Shown in pieces: positions 39,518 to 49,615 of a stretch of 64,000 nt of DNA (the first letter of the stretch is position 1; every line of letters begins with the position of its first letter). A model generated the notes under the pieces. It was given only the letters and a program-made list of their open reading frames with translations. It made no database searches and was not told where the DNA came from. The position numbers and the translations under genes were made by a program. The stretch is taken from positions 607-64,606 of the forward strand of contig JAKSBP010000285.1 of assembly GCA_022361035.1 (NCBI GenBank), given 5' to 3'. The stretch comes from Clostridia bacterium. GTDB taxonomy: Bacteria > Bacillota > Clostridia > Peptostreptococcales > Caminicellaceae.

Positions 39518-41422
39518 TTATTCAAATTCCCTTGTTAATGACTCTTTTAACTCACCACCGAAATAAACCTCAACTTTAACCGTACCTCTACCAGAAACAT
39601 TTAATCTAAATTCCTTTTCTTCTTTTTTATGTATCCCCTCGTGGATTACTGTAGACACACCATCCTGAATCTTAACAACCTTCACTACTTCCTCGTCCTT
39701 TTCAAAATTCAGAATTATTCTATATGGCCTCACTATTTCAGGTAATTCCTGTTCCTCAGGAGCCTCTTCTACTTCTTCTGGTCCTTTACTAACAACAACA
39801 CTAAATACGGAATTCTCTTTAATCTCCAGGCCTGGAGAAATACTTTGGGAAATTACTAAACCCTTTTCGTGCTCATCACTAAACTTATGACTGGTACCTT
39901 GTATAATTAGATTTAATTTTTTAGCAACTTCCTGAACATCCTTCACATCTTTGCCTATTAAATTTGGCATAATAATAGTCTCGACTCTACTACCTTGGCT
40001 AACAGTAATATCAACCAATTTACCCTCTTCTATTTCAACGCCGGCTTCAGGAGTTTGTTCAACAATGATGCCAATAGGTAAATCATCATATACATACTTT
40101 ATGTTTCCAACCTCTAAACTTTCATTTTCTAAAAGTATTTTTCCAGCATCAAGTTCTTTATTGATTATATCGGGTACCTTAACTTTTTTAGGGCCTTTAC
40201 TCAATATTAGTCTAACTGCAAAGCCCTCCTTTACAGGCTCACCAGGAGCGGGCTCTTGACTAATCACAAAACCCTGTGGTACTTTACTATCATGAAGTTC
40301 CTTTTCTACTGTGGCTTCTAATCCCAGTGTTCTTAAACTGTTCTCAGCAACTTGTTGAGATGAGTTAGTTATATCTGGTACTTGGACTTCCTTTACATCA
40401 AATTGATCCTTAAATAGACTGTGAAAAACTGCCCATACAAATATAACTGAAATTATTAGTGCTGACACTATTCCAACTGCTAGGGTGAGCTTGGTCGGCC
40501 TCTTTTGCTCATCTGATAACTCCTCTATTGCATCAATGTCATTTATTGATGGCATTACCCTAGTAGGAGATTCATCATCGTCAAGAATAATTACACTGTG
40601 TTCAGGATTATTTAAAGCATTTTCTAAGTCATTATAAAGTAAAGTCGCATTATCATATCTTTTATTTTTATCTTTTTGCATAGCTTTCAAGATTATATTT
40701 TCTAAACCGTTACTTATGTCTGGATTAATCATTGAAGGAGGTAAAATCTCTTCCTTTAAATGCTTTAAAGCCACAGTTATAGGAGTATTTCCAGAAAAAG
40801 GTACTCTTCCTGTTATCATTTCAAACATTGTTACACCGAGGGAATATATGTCGGATTTTTCATCTACAAAACCACCTCTAGCCTGCTCAGGTGAAAAGTA
40901 ATGGACAGATCCAATTACATTTCCCGTATTGGTTAGAGTCGATGAAGTAATAGCCCTAGCTATACCAAAATCTGTTACCTTAGCCCTTCCATCCTCTGTA
41001 ATAAGAATATTGTGAGGTTTAATATCCCTATGAACTATATGGTTATCATGGGCATGTTGAAGAGCTAATGCTATCTGTTTAGATATATTTATAACCTCGT
41101 CATTTTTTAATAAACCCTTCTCCTTGATATATTTTTTTAAAGTTTTACCATCAACGTACTCCATTACAATATAGTGTACATCGTTATCAGTCCCCACATC
41201 ATAAATATTTACTATATTAGGATGGGATAAACTTGCTGCGGCTTGAGATTCCTTTTCAAATTTATTTATAAAATCTTCATCACTTATAAACTCAGGCCTT
41301 AAAATCTTAACAGCTACATATCTATTTAAAAGACGACATTTGGCCTTATATACTAAAGCCATACCGCCCCCACCAATTTTTTGTATTATTTCATATCTTT
41401 GACCTAGTATTTTTCCAATCAT
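39518..41422 (-). CDS. prkC: Ser/Thr protein kinase with extracellular PASTA repeats (PrkC/PknB type)
   Basis: GGGGMA.VYKA, HRDIKP.N and DFGIA kinase motifs, one TM segment, then three PASTA-like repeats. Confidence 0.94.
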   Translation of the reverse strand: MIGKILGQRYEIIQKIGGGGMALVYKAKCRLLNRYVAVKILRPEFISDEDFINKFEKESQAAASLSHPNIVNIYDVGTDNDVHYIVMEYVDGKTLKKYIKEKGLLKNDEVINISKQIALALQHAHDNHIVHRDIKPHNILITEDGRAKVTDFGIARAITSSTLTNTGNVIGSVHYFSPEQARGGFVDEKSDIYSLGVTMFEMITGRVPFSGNTPITVALKHLKEEILPPSMINPDISNGLENIILKAMQKDKNKRYDNATLLYNDLENALNNPEHSVIILDDDESPTRVMPSINDIDAIEELSDEQKRPTKLTLAVGIVSALIISVIFVWAVFHSLFKDQFDVKEVQVPDITNSSQQVAENSLRTLGLEATVEKELHDSKVPQGFVISQEPAPGEPVKEGFAVRLILSKGPKKVKVPDIINKELDAGKILLENESLEVGNIKYVYDDLPIGIIVEQTPEAGVEIEEGKLVDITVSQGSRVETIIMPNLIGKDVKDVQEVAKKLNLIIQGTSHKFSDEHEKGLVISQSISPGLEIKENSVFSVVVSKGPEEVEEAPEEQELPEIVRPYRIILNFEKDEEVVKVVKIQDGVSTVIHEGIHKKEEKEFRLNVSGRGTVKVEVYFGGELKESLTREFE

Positions 41423-41437
41423 AGTTTCAACTCCCTC

Positions 41438-42178
41438 TTAACTATGCCTATATCTGATAGCAATTAATGTAATATTGTCAAATCCGCCTCTATCATTAGC
41501 TTGATCAACTAAAAAGTCACAAGCTTCTTGAAGCTTAGATTTATTTTCAAAACAGCTCTTTATTTCATAATTGTCTACTATATTTGTTAATCCATCGGTA
41601 GCAAGAATGATAAGGTCCTCATCATTAACATCATAATCAATAATATCTGGCAATGGACTAACTTCTGTTCCAAGGGCCCTAGTTATAACATTTCTCTTAG
41701 GATGAGTTTTTGCTTCTACCTCTGTAATACTACCGTTTTTTAAGAGTTCACTTACTAAGGTATGGTCCTTTGTTATTTGAGTTAATTCATCTCCCCTTAG
41801 TAAATATGCCCTACTATCACCTATATGTGCAAAATAAACCTTGCTATTTATAAATAGAGCCATAGTTATTGTGGTTCCCATTCCATCCCACTTTTCATTG
41901 GATAGGGATTGCTTATATATCTCATCATTTGCTTTTTTTACAGCATTTTGAATTAAATTTACTATATCAACCTCATTCGATAGTGATATATTATTAATAT
42001 TACTGTGGATAAATCTACTAACCTTTTCGATAGCTAACTTACTTGCAACTTCTCCAGCATTATGTCCACCCATTCCATCGGCTACAATAAAAACTTGCCT
42101 ACACTTATTGTCTACATAAAGGGAATCCTCATTCTCATTTCTTATTCTACCAATATCTGTTTTTGATGCCCATTCCAT
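41438..42178 (-). CDS. prpC: PP2C-family Ser/Thr phosphatase (Stp/PrpC)
   Basis: TD.G..R..NED, ADGMGGH and TDGL motifs. ATG at 42178 after GGGGTGA. Confidence 0.93.
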   Translation of the reverse strand: MEWASKTDIGRIRNENEDSLYVDNKCRQVFIVADGMGGHNAGEVASKLAIEKVSRFIHSNINNISLSNEVDIVNLIQNAVKKANDEIYKQSLSNEKWDGMGTTITMALFINSKVYFAHIGDSRAYLLRGDELTQITKDHTLVSELLKNGSITEVEAKTHPKRNVITRALGTEVSPLPDIIDYDVNDEDLIILATDGLTNIVDNYEIKSCFENKSKLQEACDFLVDQANDRGGFDNITLIAIRYRHS

Positions 42179-42380
42179 TAAATCACCCCAAAACTTAATT
42201 AACAATTGAGAAAATCACACAGTTTATATAAATATAATAGCTTATTTTCTCCCTATATCTTCCCTATAAATAAACAAATTATTATACAAAGCTACTATTT
42301 ATTATATAGGCTTTCTCAAATTAATTATAAATTCCCATAATAATTAAGTTTATCATAATTTCATCTAGTCTTAAACTAGC

Positions 42381-42560
42381 TATAGACGAGTGAGTTGCAA
42401 ACTTAATAAACGAAAGCAGACTCTGAGGTTTCCTTTTGAGCGATTTTTATAAATCTGTTTTACCTTTTTATTATCTACTTAAAAACAGATTTATAGCATG
42501 AGCCTAAAGGATTCTCTGTGGCTGATTGAGTACGTTAATATTCTCTATCACACATCTATA
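42381..42560 (+). mobile_element. Family-B MITE-like long-hairpin element, copy 1 (degenerate TIR)
   Basis: Ends are tatagacgagtga...tcacacatctata. The internal 46 nt ttaaaaacagatttatagcatgagcctaaaggattctctgtggctg are identical to the reverse complement of copy 2. Confidence 0.7.
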
Positions 42561-42715
42561 TAGTTATGATATTCTAAAAGCTTTAACAAATATAATAAAA
42601 CCTAAGTGGTATTTAACTCTTTCCATTTTGTAAGATTTCTTTTAGGGAAATATACAATAATATCTCTACACCCATAAAATTTTTTTATAATAAAAGAATA
42701 TGTATATTTAAATTT

Positions 42716-44059
42716 CTATTTTACTCTTTTCATTTTACAAATAAAAAATCCATCACTCCCCGAAATATGAGGATATAACTGTAAAAATTTATCATTTAAT
42801 TTAGTGTAATCTAAAAAATTATTATTAATACTTAATGGGACAAAATTATTATTTTCTTCTAAAAACTTTTCTACAACATTTTTATTCTCATCATCCTGAA
42901 TAGTACAGGTACTATAGACGAGGATTCCACCATCTTTAACGTATTTAGAGGTAATATTTAATATCTTAATCTGTAATTTTGACAGCTGAGTAATATCACT
43001 AGCTTCCTTAAAGTACCTAATTTCTGGCTTACGCCTTATAATTCCTAACCCAGAACAGGGGGCATCAACTAAAACTCTATCTGCCCTATGTAAAAGTCTT
43101 TTATCCAATGTCAAAGCATTAAATTCTTCAGTTTCAATTATTGAAATGCCTAACCTTCTTGAATTTTCTTTAACTAGGTTAAGCTTATGGTCATAGATAT
43201 CCCTAGATAATATTCTTCCCCTATTATTCATTAATTGAGCCATATGGGTAGATTTCCCACCGGGGGCACTACAAACGTCAATGATAAATTCATCTTCCAT
43301 GGGCTCTAGCACATGACTAACTAACATAGAACTTTCATCTTGAACTTGAAATAGACCCCTTTTAAAAGATTCTAAATTATCCAATCTCTCCTTCATTGAC
43401 TCAAGAATAATTGCCTCTTCTGCCATATTCCCCCTTCTACAGCATAAGCCTTCATTAGTCAAATGTTCAATTAGATTATCTCTACTTATTTTTAATGTAT
43501 TGGTTCTAATAGTTAATTCTGGAGATTCATTATTGGCTTTTAGCAATTCCTTAGTAAATTCTACACCATAATCATTAGCCCATCTACTAACTAACCATTT
43601 TGGATGTGAATACCGTATAGATAAATAACTAATAGGGTCTTCTTCATATTTTGGAAATTTCATGTCATTTTGTTTTCTCAAATAATTTCTCAATATTCCG
43701 TTTACAAAGCTAGAAAGTCTATAATTTATTTTTTTTGCCAATTTTACCGATTCATTTACAGCGGCTGAGTCTGGAATCTTATTTAGAAAAATCATCTGAT
43801 ATAATCCCAATCTTAAAATATTTAAAATTTCTATTTGAATCCTATGTATTCTAGTTTTAGAAAGATTCTTTATTATATAATCTAAATATAGTTTATTCTC
43901 TAAAACTCCATAGACTAACTGACTGATAAAGCTTCTATCCAAGGACGACACTTCATTCTTCATTAGATATTTATTAATAGTTATATTAGAAAAGGCTCTA
44001 TTTTCTTCTATATCAACTAGTATACTTAAAGCAAGTCTTCTTGGGTTTACCTTATTCAT
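42716..44059 (-). CDS. rsmB: 16S rRNA (cytosine967-C5)-methyltransferase RsmB
   Basis: NusB-like N-terminus; DVCSAPGGKS, DAPCSG and YSTCT motifs. ATG at 44059 after GGGGAGG. Confidence 0.94.
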   Translation of the reverse strand: MNKVNPRRLALSILVDIEENRAFSNITINKYLMKNEVSSLDRSFISQLVYGVLENKLYLDYIIKNLSKTRIHRIQIEILNILRLGLYQMIFLNKIPDSAAVNESVKLAKKINYRLSSFVNGILRNYLRKQNDMKFPKYEEDPISYLSIRYSHPKWLVSRWANDYGVEFTKELLKANNESPELTIRTNTLKISRDNLIEHLTNEGLCCRRGNMAEEAIILESMKERLDNLESFKRGLFQVQDESSMLVSHVLEPMEDEFIIDVCSAPGGKSTHMAQLMNNRGRILSRDIYDHKLNLVKENSRRLGISIIETEEFNALTLDKRLLHRADRVLVDAPCSGLGIIRRKPEIRYFKEASDITQLSKLQIKILNITSKYVKDGGILVYSTCTIQDDENKNVVEKFLEENNNFVPLSINNNFLDYTKLNDKFLQLYPHISGSDGFFICKMKRVK

Positions 44060-44206
44060 ATTTTGCCTCCCCAACTACTTTTATATAAGGTAAGTTTTTT
44101 AAGTGAAATTATGAGATTAAAGGGTCATATCCTTTAGGCTAAAAAGAATCTATATCTAAAAGATATGACCAATATAACTATTTATTATTAAATAGATTTA
44201 ATAAAC

Positions 44207-44884
44207 CTAATCCCTGTTTCTTAGAACAAAAAGTCTTAATAATTGAGCAATTGATACGGCAACAGCAGCCACATATGTTAGAGCCGCAGCATTTAGTACA
44301 GATTTGGCAGACTTAACCTCTTCATTATATACTAATCCATTAGAAGTAAGCTGTTTAATCGCACGGGAGCTTGCATTAAACTCCACAGGTAAAGTTATTA
44401 CATGGAAGGCTATTGCTCCAAGGTATATATATATCCCCAGTGTTATCAAAAAATCAGTTCTAAGGAAAAATCCTAAAAAAGCTAAGGGTATAGCGAATTG
44501 CGAAGAAAAAGATGCTATTGGTGCTATTTGATTTCTAAAGGTAAGTGCCGAATATCCCGTTGCATGCTGTATAGCATGTCCTACCTCATGGGCTGCTACA
44601 CTAATTGAAGCTATTGAAGTACCATTGTACACATTGCTTGAAAGCCTAACTACCCTTTTTCTTGGGTCATAGTGGTCGGAAAGATATCCTCCAATAGATT
44701 CAATATTAACATCCCTTAGTCCATTTCTATCCAATATCATTCGTGCTACTTGAACACCGGTATAACCCCTCATACTTCTTACCTTTAGATAGCGATTGAA
44801 ACTGCTTTTAACTTTACTTTGAGCATAAAAGGCAAATATCATTGCCGGTATTAACAATATCATACTCGTATAATACTCTATCAT
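44207..44884 (-). CDS. Membrane-associated neutral zinc metallopeptidase (YugP-like)
   Basis: HEVGHAIQH (HExxH), TM segments, and a typical size of 225 aa. Confidence 0.85.
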   Translation of the reverse strand: MIEYYTSMILLIPAMIFAFYAQSKVKSSFNRYLKVRSMRGYTGVQVARMILDRNGLRDVNIESIGGYLSDHYDPRKRVVRLSSNVYNGTSIASISVAAHEVGHAIQHATGYSALTFRNQIAPIASFSSQFAIPLAFLGFFLRTDFLITLGIYIYLGAIAFHVITLPVEFNASSRAIKQLTSNGLVYNEEVKSAKSVLNAAALTYVAAVAVSIAQLLRLFVLRNRD

Positions 44885-44888
44885 GTCA

Positions 44889-45653
44889 TTACCTCCTTAA
44901 ATAATGTTTTATGGCTTTTTCTACCTCCCGAATATCTACACAAGTATTGCGGCAAGGCCCTTCTGGTCTTTCATTTTTTATACCAATTACTGGTATACCC
45001 TTCACATCTAGTATACCATGGGATAAGTCCCTCTCACAGGCTACTGCTATAATTCCCTTAGGGTTATAATCTTTAATTACCTTTCTAGCTAATGTTCCCC
45101 CTGTTACAACTTCCAGCTTCACATTATAGCTTGTACATAGCCTTAAAAGCCTATCTACGTCACAGGCCCCACATCTCTTACAATTATCAATATCCCCAGT
45201 AACCTTATGTTTACAAGAGGATTTCTGTAAACAGTGAGGAGTAACAATTAGTATATCCTCACTGTTTATTTTATCACTTTTTAGAACTACTATTTTATTA
45301 TTAATCTCAGAAAAAAATCTTCTAATTGGATCCTTGTGGATTTTCAATATACTTGAAAACATTATCATAATCGGATAGATAAACTTTATTGATTTCTCAA
45401 AAATAGGTATCAAAAACCTAGGTATAGTTCCATTTTTTGTTATTGAAATTATTAAGGCTAATAATCCTAGTAAATAAATAGTTCCAGCAATAAAGAAAAA
45501 AATCATAATAATTAATAGAATTAAATATAAATGTAATACATTATTTTTAATCAACAGGATTAAACCTAAAGCTAAAAAAAACATAGCCAGAATTATTATA
45601 TTCAATAACTTTAAAAAGATGCTCTTATCTTTACTTAGCATTATATTTCTCAT
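44889..45653 (-). CDS. DUF116 family protein (membrane N-terminus, Cys-rich C-terminus)
   Basis: Hydrophobic N-terminal half, then PHCLQ....C........C..CG.C; usual position next to fmt in Clostridia. Confidence 0.8.
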   Translation of the reverse strand: MRNIMLSKDKSIFLKLLNIIILAMFFLALGLILLIKNNVLHLYLILLIIMIFFFIAGTIYLLGLLALIISITKNGTIPRFLIPIFEKSIKFIYPIMIMFSSILKIHKDPIRRFFSEINNKIVVLKSDKINSEDILIVTPHCLQKSSCKHKVTGDIDNCKRCGACDVDRLLRLCTSYNVKLEVVTGGTLARKVIKDYNPKGIIAVACERDLSHGILDVKGIPVIGIKNERPEGPCRNTCVDIREVEKAIKHYLRR

Positions 45654-45654
45654 A

Positions 45655-46587
45655 TTATTCTCCTAATAATATGCTATCTTCTATAGTATTCCCTCTTATA
45701 TATTCATCTACCCTCATTTTTCTACTATTGGGAAACTGAATTTCTTCAATAACAATACTTCCTTTACCAGTAATTACATGGATACCTTCTTTATTAACTT
45801 TAGTTATTTGTCCAGGCTCTCCATTAGTATCTTCATGGGTTATAGTGCATTTCCATATTTTCATCTTTGTTCCTTTGTACATAGTATAAGCAACAGGCCA
45901 TGGATTTAAACCCCTTACTAAATTATATATATCTTGAGAATTATTTTGCCAATCAATAAGGCCAAGTTCTCTATCCAGCATTGGTGCATAGCTGCTTTTA
46001 GAATCATCCTGTGACATTCTAGGTGCCTTGCTTGACTCAATAAGTTTTAGGGTTTCAATAAGAACTTTAGCACCTAGGTTTGAAAGAATATCATGCAGCT
46101 CACCGGTAGTCATTTCTTTACCTATACTTACTTCTTCTTTTAAAATCATATCCCCTGTATCCAATCCTTCATCCATATACATTGTAGTAATTCCCGTCTT
46201 CTCCTCCCCATTGATAATAGACCAGTGAATTGGAGCAGCACCCCTAAATCGGGGTAAAAGAGAAGCGTGTACGTTTATACATCCCTTTTCAGGTAATTGT
46301 AATATACCCTTTGGTAATATTTGTCCATAGGCCACTACAACAATGCAATCAATCTCTATAGATTTAATAGCTTGTATAAACTCTTTTTCTTTAATTTTTT
46401 TCGGCTGCAAAACATCTATACCAAACTCCATAGCCTTTGCTTTTACAGGAGAAGGTAAAACCTTCTTACCTCTGCCTTTGGGTCTGTCAGGTTGAGTAAT
46501 TACAGAAACTACTTCATAGCCATGGTTGACCATTGCCTCTAAACACGGAACTGCAAAGTCAGGAGTTCCCATAAAAAGAATTCTCAT
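45655..46587 (-). CDS. fmt: Methionyl-tRNA formyltransferase
   Basis: FMGTPDFAVP, INVHASLLP..RGAAPI. Confidence 0.96.
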   Translation of the reverse strand: MRILFMGTPDFAVPCLEAMVNHGYEVVSVITQPDRPKGRGKKVLPSPVKAKAMEFGIDVLQPKKIKEKEFIQAIKSIEIDCIVVVAYGQILPKGILQLPEKGCINVHASLLPRFRGAAPIHWSIINGEEKTGITTMYMDEGLDTGDMILKEEVSIGKEMTTGELHDILSNLGAKVLIETLKLIESSKAPRMSQDDSKSSYAPMLDRELGLIDWQNNSQDIYNLVRGLNPWPVAYTMYKGTKMKIWKCTITHEDTNGEPGQITKVNKEGIHVITGKGSIVIEEIQFPNSRKMRVDEYIRGNTIEDSILLGE

Positions 46588-46598
46588 GCTCTATACAC

Positions 46599-47045
46599 CT
46601 ACTCTTCTATAATTTTATCTATAAATAGTATTCCATTCAAGTGGTCTATTTCATGGCAGAGAACCCTTGCTAAAATATCTTCACCCTCTATAATTACTTC
46701 TTCACCCTTTCTATTAAGACCCTTAACCTTCACATAAAATGGTCTTTCCACATTACCGGACCTATCAGGTAAACTCAGACAGCCTTCTATATCAATTTGA
46801 CTGCCACGCTCCTCCAATATCTCTGGATTAATAAGTTCGATAATTCCTTCACCAATATCTATAACTATTATTCTTCTCAAAATACCTATTTGAGGAGCGG
46901 CTAACCCAATACCATTTCCTATGTTATGGAGAGTATCAACCATATCATCAATTATTTGAATTATTCTATCATTAACTTCCTCTACAGGTCTGGAAATTTT
47001 TCTTAATACGGGGTCATCTCCTGTTCTGATTTTTCTTATAGCCAT
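46599..47045 (-). CDS. def: Peptide deformylase
   Basis: [14 protein letters not shown] and HE.DHL motifs. Confidence 0.96.
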   Translation of the reverse strand: MAIRKIRTGDDPVLRKISRPVEEVNDRIIQIIDDMVDTLHNIGNGIGLAAPQIGILRRIIVIDIGEGIIELINPEILEERGSQIDIEGCLSLPDRSGNVERPFYVKVKGLNRKGEEVIIEGEDILARVLCHEIDHLNGILFIDKIIEE

Positions 47046-47082
47046 CTAAAATACCTCCACTATATAAATTTTAAAGTCAATC

Positions 47083-49572
47083 CTAAAATATATTGTATGG
47101 TTTTAAATCAAAAATCAAATGTACATTATTGTCTAAATACTTACTTCTATTAATTTTACATATATAATTTATTATACCCTTTATAATCTCATGGTCAATA
47201 CTTTGGTACTTCAATAATATCTGCCATCTATAAAAACTTTTAATCTTATTGTGTATTGCAGGATTTGGTCCTAGAAGCTGAAAATCATTTAGATTTTTAT
47301 TGTTTAAAATTTCATTCTGTATTTTCTGAAATATTATATTACTAGATTTGATTACTAAGGATTCCTCCTTTCCCAAAACTATAATATTTATAATCCCATA
47401 AAAGGGAGGATAACAAAATTCTTTTCTAAGGTCTATCTCTTTATTGTAAAACTCCTTATAGTTATGCTGTTGAGATGAAGTAATCGCATAGTTATCGGGG
47501 GTATATGTCTGAATAATAACCCTTCCTTTAAAATCATGCCTACCAGCCCTTCCAGCAACCTGAGTTAATAATTGAAAGGTTCTTTCATTAGCTTTGTAGT
47601 CTGGTAAATTTAATGTTAGGTCCGCCGATAATACACCCACAAGAGTTACATAGGGAAAATCCAAGCCCTTGGCAACCATTTGTGTACCTATAAGAATGTC
47701 GATTTCTCTTTTTTCAAAGGCCTCGATAATTTTTTCAAGCTTTCCTTTTTGTGACGTCGTATCAATATCAAGTCTTTTTGTCCTATAACTAGGAAACAAC
47801 TTTTTAACATATTCCTCAACCTTTTCTGTCCCTGAACCAAAAAATTTTATATATCTACTGTTACATAGGGGACAAGTTTGAGGAACAGTACTTCTATAGC
47901 CACAGTAATGACACTTAGCCACATTGTTTTTATGATGATAGGTCAAAGATATATCACAGTCTTTACACTTTAAAACGTATCCACAGCTTCTACAGGAAAC
48001 AAAGGTAGAGTGACCCCTACGATTTAAAAATAAAATAATTTGCTTCTTGTTGAGTAGATTATCTTTCATTAATTCATAAAGCTTTCTACTGAATATACTT
48101 TTATTCCCCTCTTCAAGTTCTACTCTCATATCGACGAGATCTACCCTTGGTAGAGGTTTACTATTAAACCTACTATTTAGCTCCAATATCTTATAGTTAC
48201 CTTTTTTAGCTTCATAGTAGCTCTCAATTGAAGGAGTAGCCGATCCAAGAAGCAGAACTGCACTACTCTCTTTACATAGATACTGGGCTACATCCTTTGT
48301 ACAGTACTTAGGATTCATTTCCGATTTATAAGATGACTCATGTTCTTCGTCAATAATAATCAGACCCAGATTGTGGCATGGTGCAAATATTGCAGACCTT
48401 GCCCCAATTACTATAGAAATCTCTCCATTATTTATTTTCATCCATTGATCGTATCTTTCACCTAAAGAAAGCTTACTATGAAGAACAGCTACATTATTAC
48501 CAAATCTTTTAAGAAATTTCTCTACTATTTGAGGAGTAAGGGAAATTTCAGGCACTAAAATTATTACTTGCTCACCATTTCCTATAACATAATCAACAAG
48601 ATGCATATATACTTCAGTTTTTCCGCTTCCTGTGACTCCATGTAAGAGAAAGATTTCATTCCTCTTACTTCCTATCATTTCTATTATATTATCATAGGCT
48701 GCTCTTTGTTCATGATTAAGGTCATTAGGTATATCTCTTTTTATTTTCTTTAAATTTACTGGACTCCTATATTCTTTTTCATCAGTAATTGAAATTAAAC
48801 CCTTTTTTATTAGGGCATTAATCACAGACCTTGAAGTCTTAGTCCTTTTAAGGATATCTCTTAATACCATTTGCTCAGCCTGGGCAAGAACCTTTAAAAC
48901 TTCAATCTGCTTATATGCACTTTGAGACATACTAGATATTATCTGGTCCAGTTTATCTGGGTCAAAATTAACCTTAACAATCTTTTTATATTTAGCATTT
49001 ATATCACTATAAAGCTTTTCTTCCACTATTATAATATCTTTTTCAATTAAGCTTTTTAATTCTTTACTAAAATCATAATCAAGCTTTTTTCTTAAGTCAT
49101 TATCACTAACCCTTGGGTTTTGAGATAATAAATCAAGGACCCTACTTTTCTTTCCTAAGTGATTTTCTAATAGGTTATCTCTATTTAAAACCCTATCATT
49201 TATCCTATATATTTTCTTCTTTTTTAAGGCTGTACCCCTAGGTATTAAGCATTGAATGGCTTCATAATAAGTACATAAGTATGTACTCTTAAGCCATTTA
49301 CATAAATTTACTTGCCTCTGTGTCAAACTTATATCATCATTTAGTAAATCCTTTATCTCCTTTATACCTTTAACTTTCTCAATGCCCTTGCCTGAATCAA
49401 GTTCAAATACAAATCCCTCAAGCAACTTATTTCCTTTTCCAAAGGGCACAATAACTTTATCACCAATTTTAATCTCTTCAAGTAAGCCCTTAGGAATTTT
49501 ATAGGTATATAACATATCAGTCACTTTGGTTCCCGTATTCACAACTATATTACAGTATTTTATGCAATCCAT
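47083..49572 (-). CDS. priA: Primosomal protein N' (PriA helicase)
   Basis: GVTGSGKTEVY, DEEH, Cys4-Cys4 zinc-binding region and QV.GRAGR. ATG at 49572, 8 nt after GGAGG. Confidence 0.95.
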   Translation of the reverse strand: MDCIKYCNIVVNTGTKVTDMLYTYKIPKGLLEEIKIGDKVIVPFGKGNKLLEGFVFELDSGKGIEKVKGIKEIKDLLNDDISLTQRQVNLCKWLKSTYLCTYYEAIQCLIPRGTALKKKKIYRINDRVLNRDNLLENHLGKKSRVLDLLSQNPRVSDNDLRKKLDYDFSKELKSLIEKDIIIVEEKLYSDINAKYKKIVKVNFDPDKLDQIISSMSQSAYKQIEVLKVLAQAEQMVLRDILKRTKTSRSVINALIKKGLISITDEKEYRSPVNLKKIKRDIPNDLNHEQRAAYDNIIEMIGSKRNEIFLLHGVTGSGKTEVYMHLVDYVIGNGEQVIILVPEISLTPQIVEKFLKRFGNNVAVLHSKLSLGERYDQWMKINNGEISIVIGARSAIFAPCHNLGLIIIDEEHESSYKSEMNPKYCTKDVAQYLCKESSAVLLLGSATPSIESYYEAKKGNYKILELNSRFNSKPLPRVDLVDMRVELEEGNKSIFSRKLYELMKDNLLNKKQIILFLNRRGHSTFVSCRSCGYVLKCKDCDISLTYHHKNNVAKCHYCGYRSTVPQTCPLCNSRYIKFFGSGTEKVEEYVKKLFPSYRTKRLDIDTTSQKGKLEKIIEAFEKREIDILIGTQMVAKGLDFPYVTLVGVLSADLTLNLPDYKANERTFQLLTQVAGRAGRHDFKGRVIIQTYTPDNYAITSSQQHNYKEFYNKEIDLRKEFCYPPFYGIINIIVLGKEESLVIKSSNIIFQKIQNEILNNKNLNDFQLLGPNPAIHNKIKSFYRWQILLKYQSIDHEIIKGIINYICKINRSKYLDNNVHLIFDLKPYNIF

Positions 49573-49615
49573 TGTGTTTGCCTCCAAGAATCTAATTACA
49601 AAAGAGTAGGTTGCC

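Noticed and set aside
42498-42563. Short ORF (MSLKDSLWLIEYVNILYHTSI) inside family-B copy 1
   Set aside because: It has no SD. In copy 2 the same frame stops after 10 codons, so the frame is not conserved and the element is treated as non-coding.
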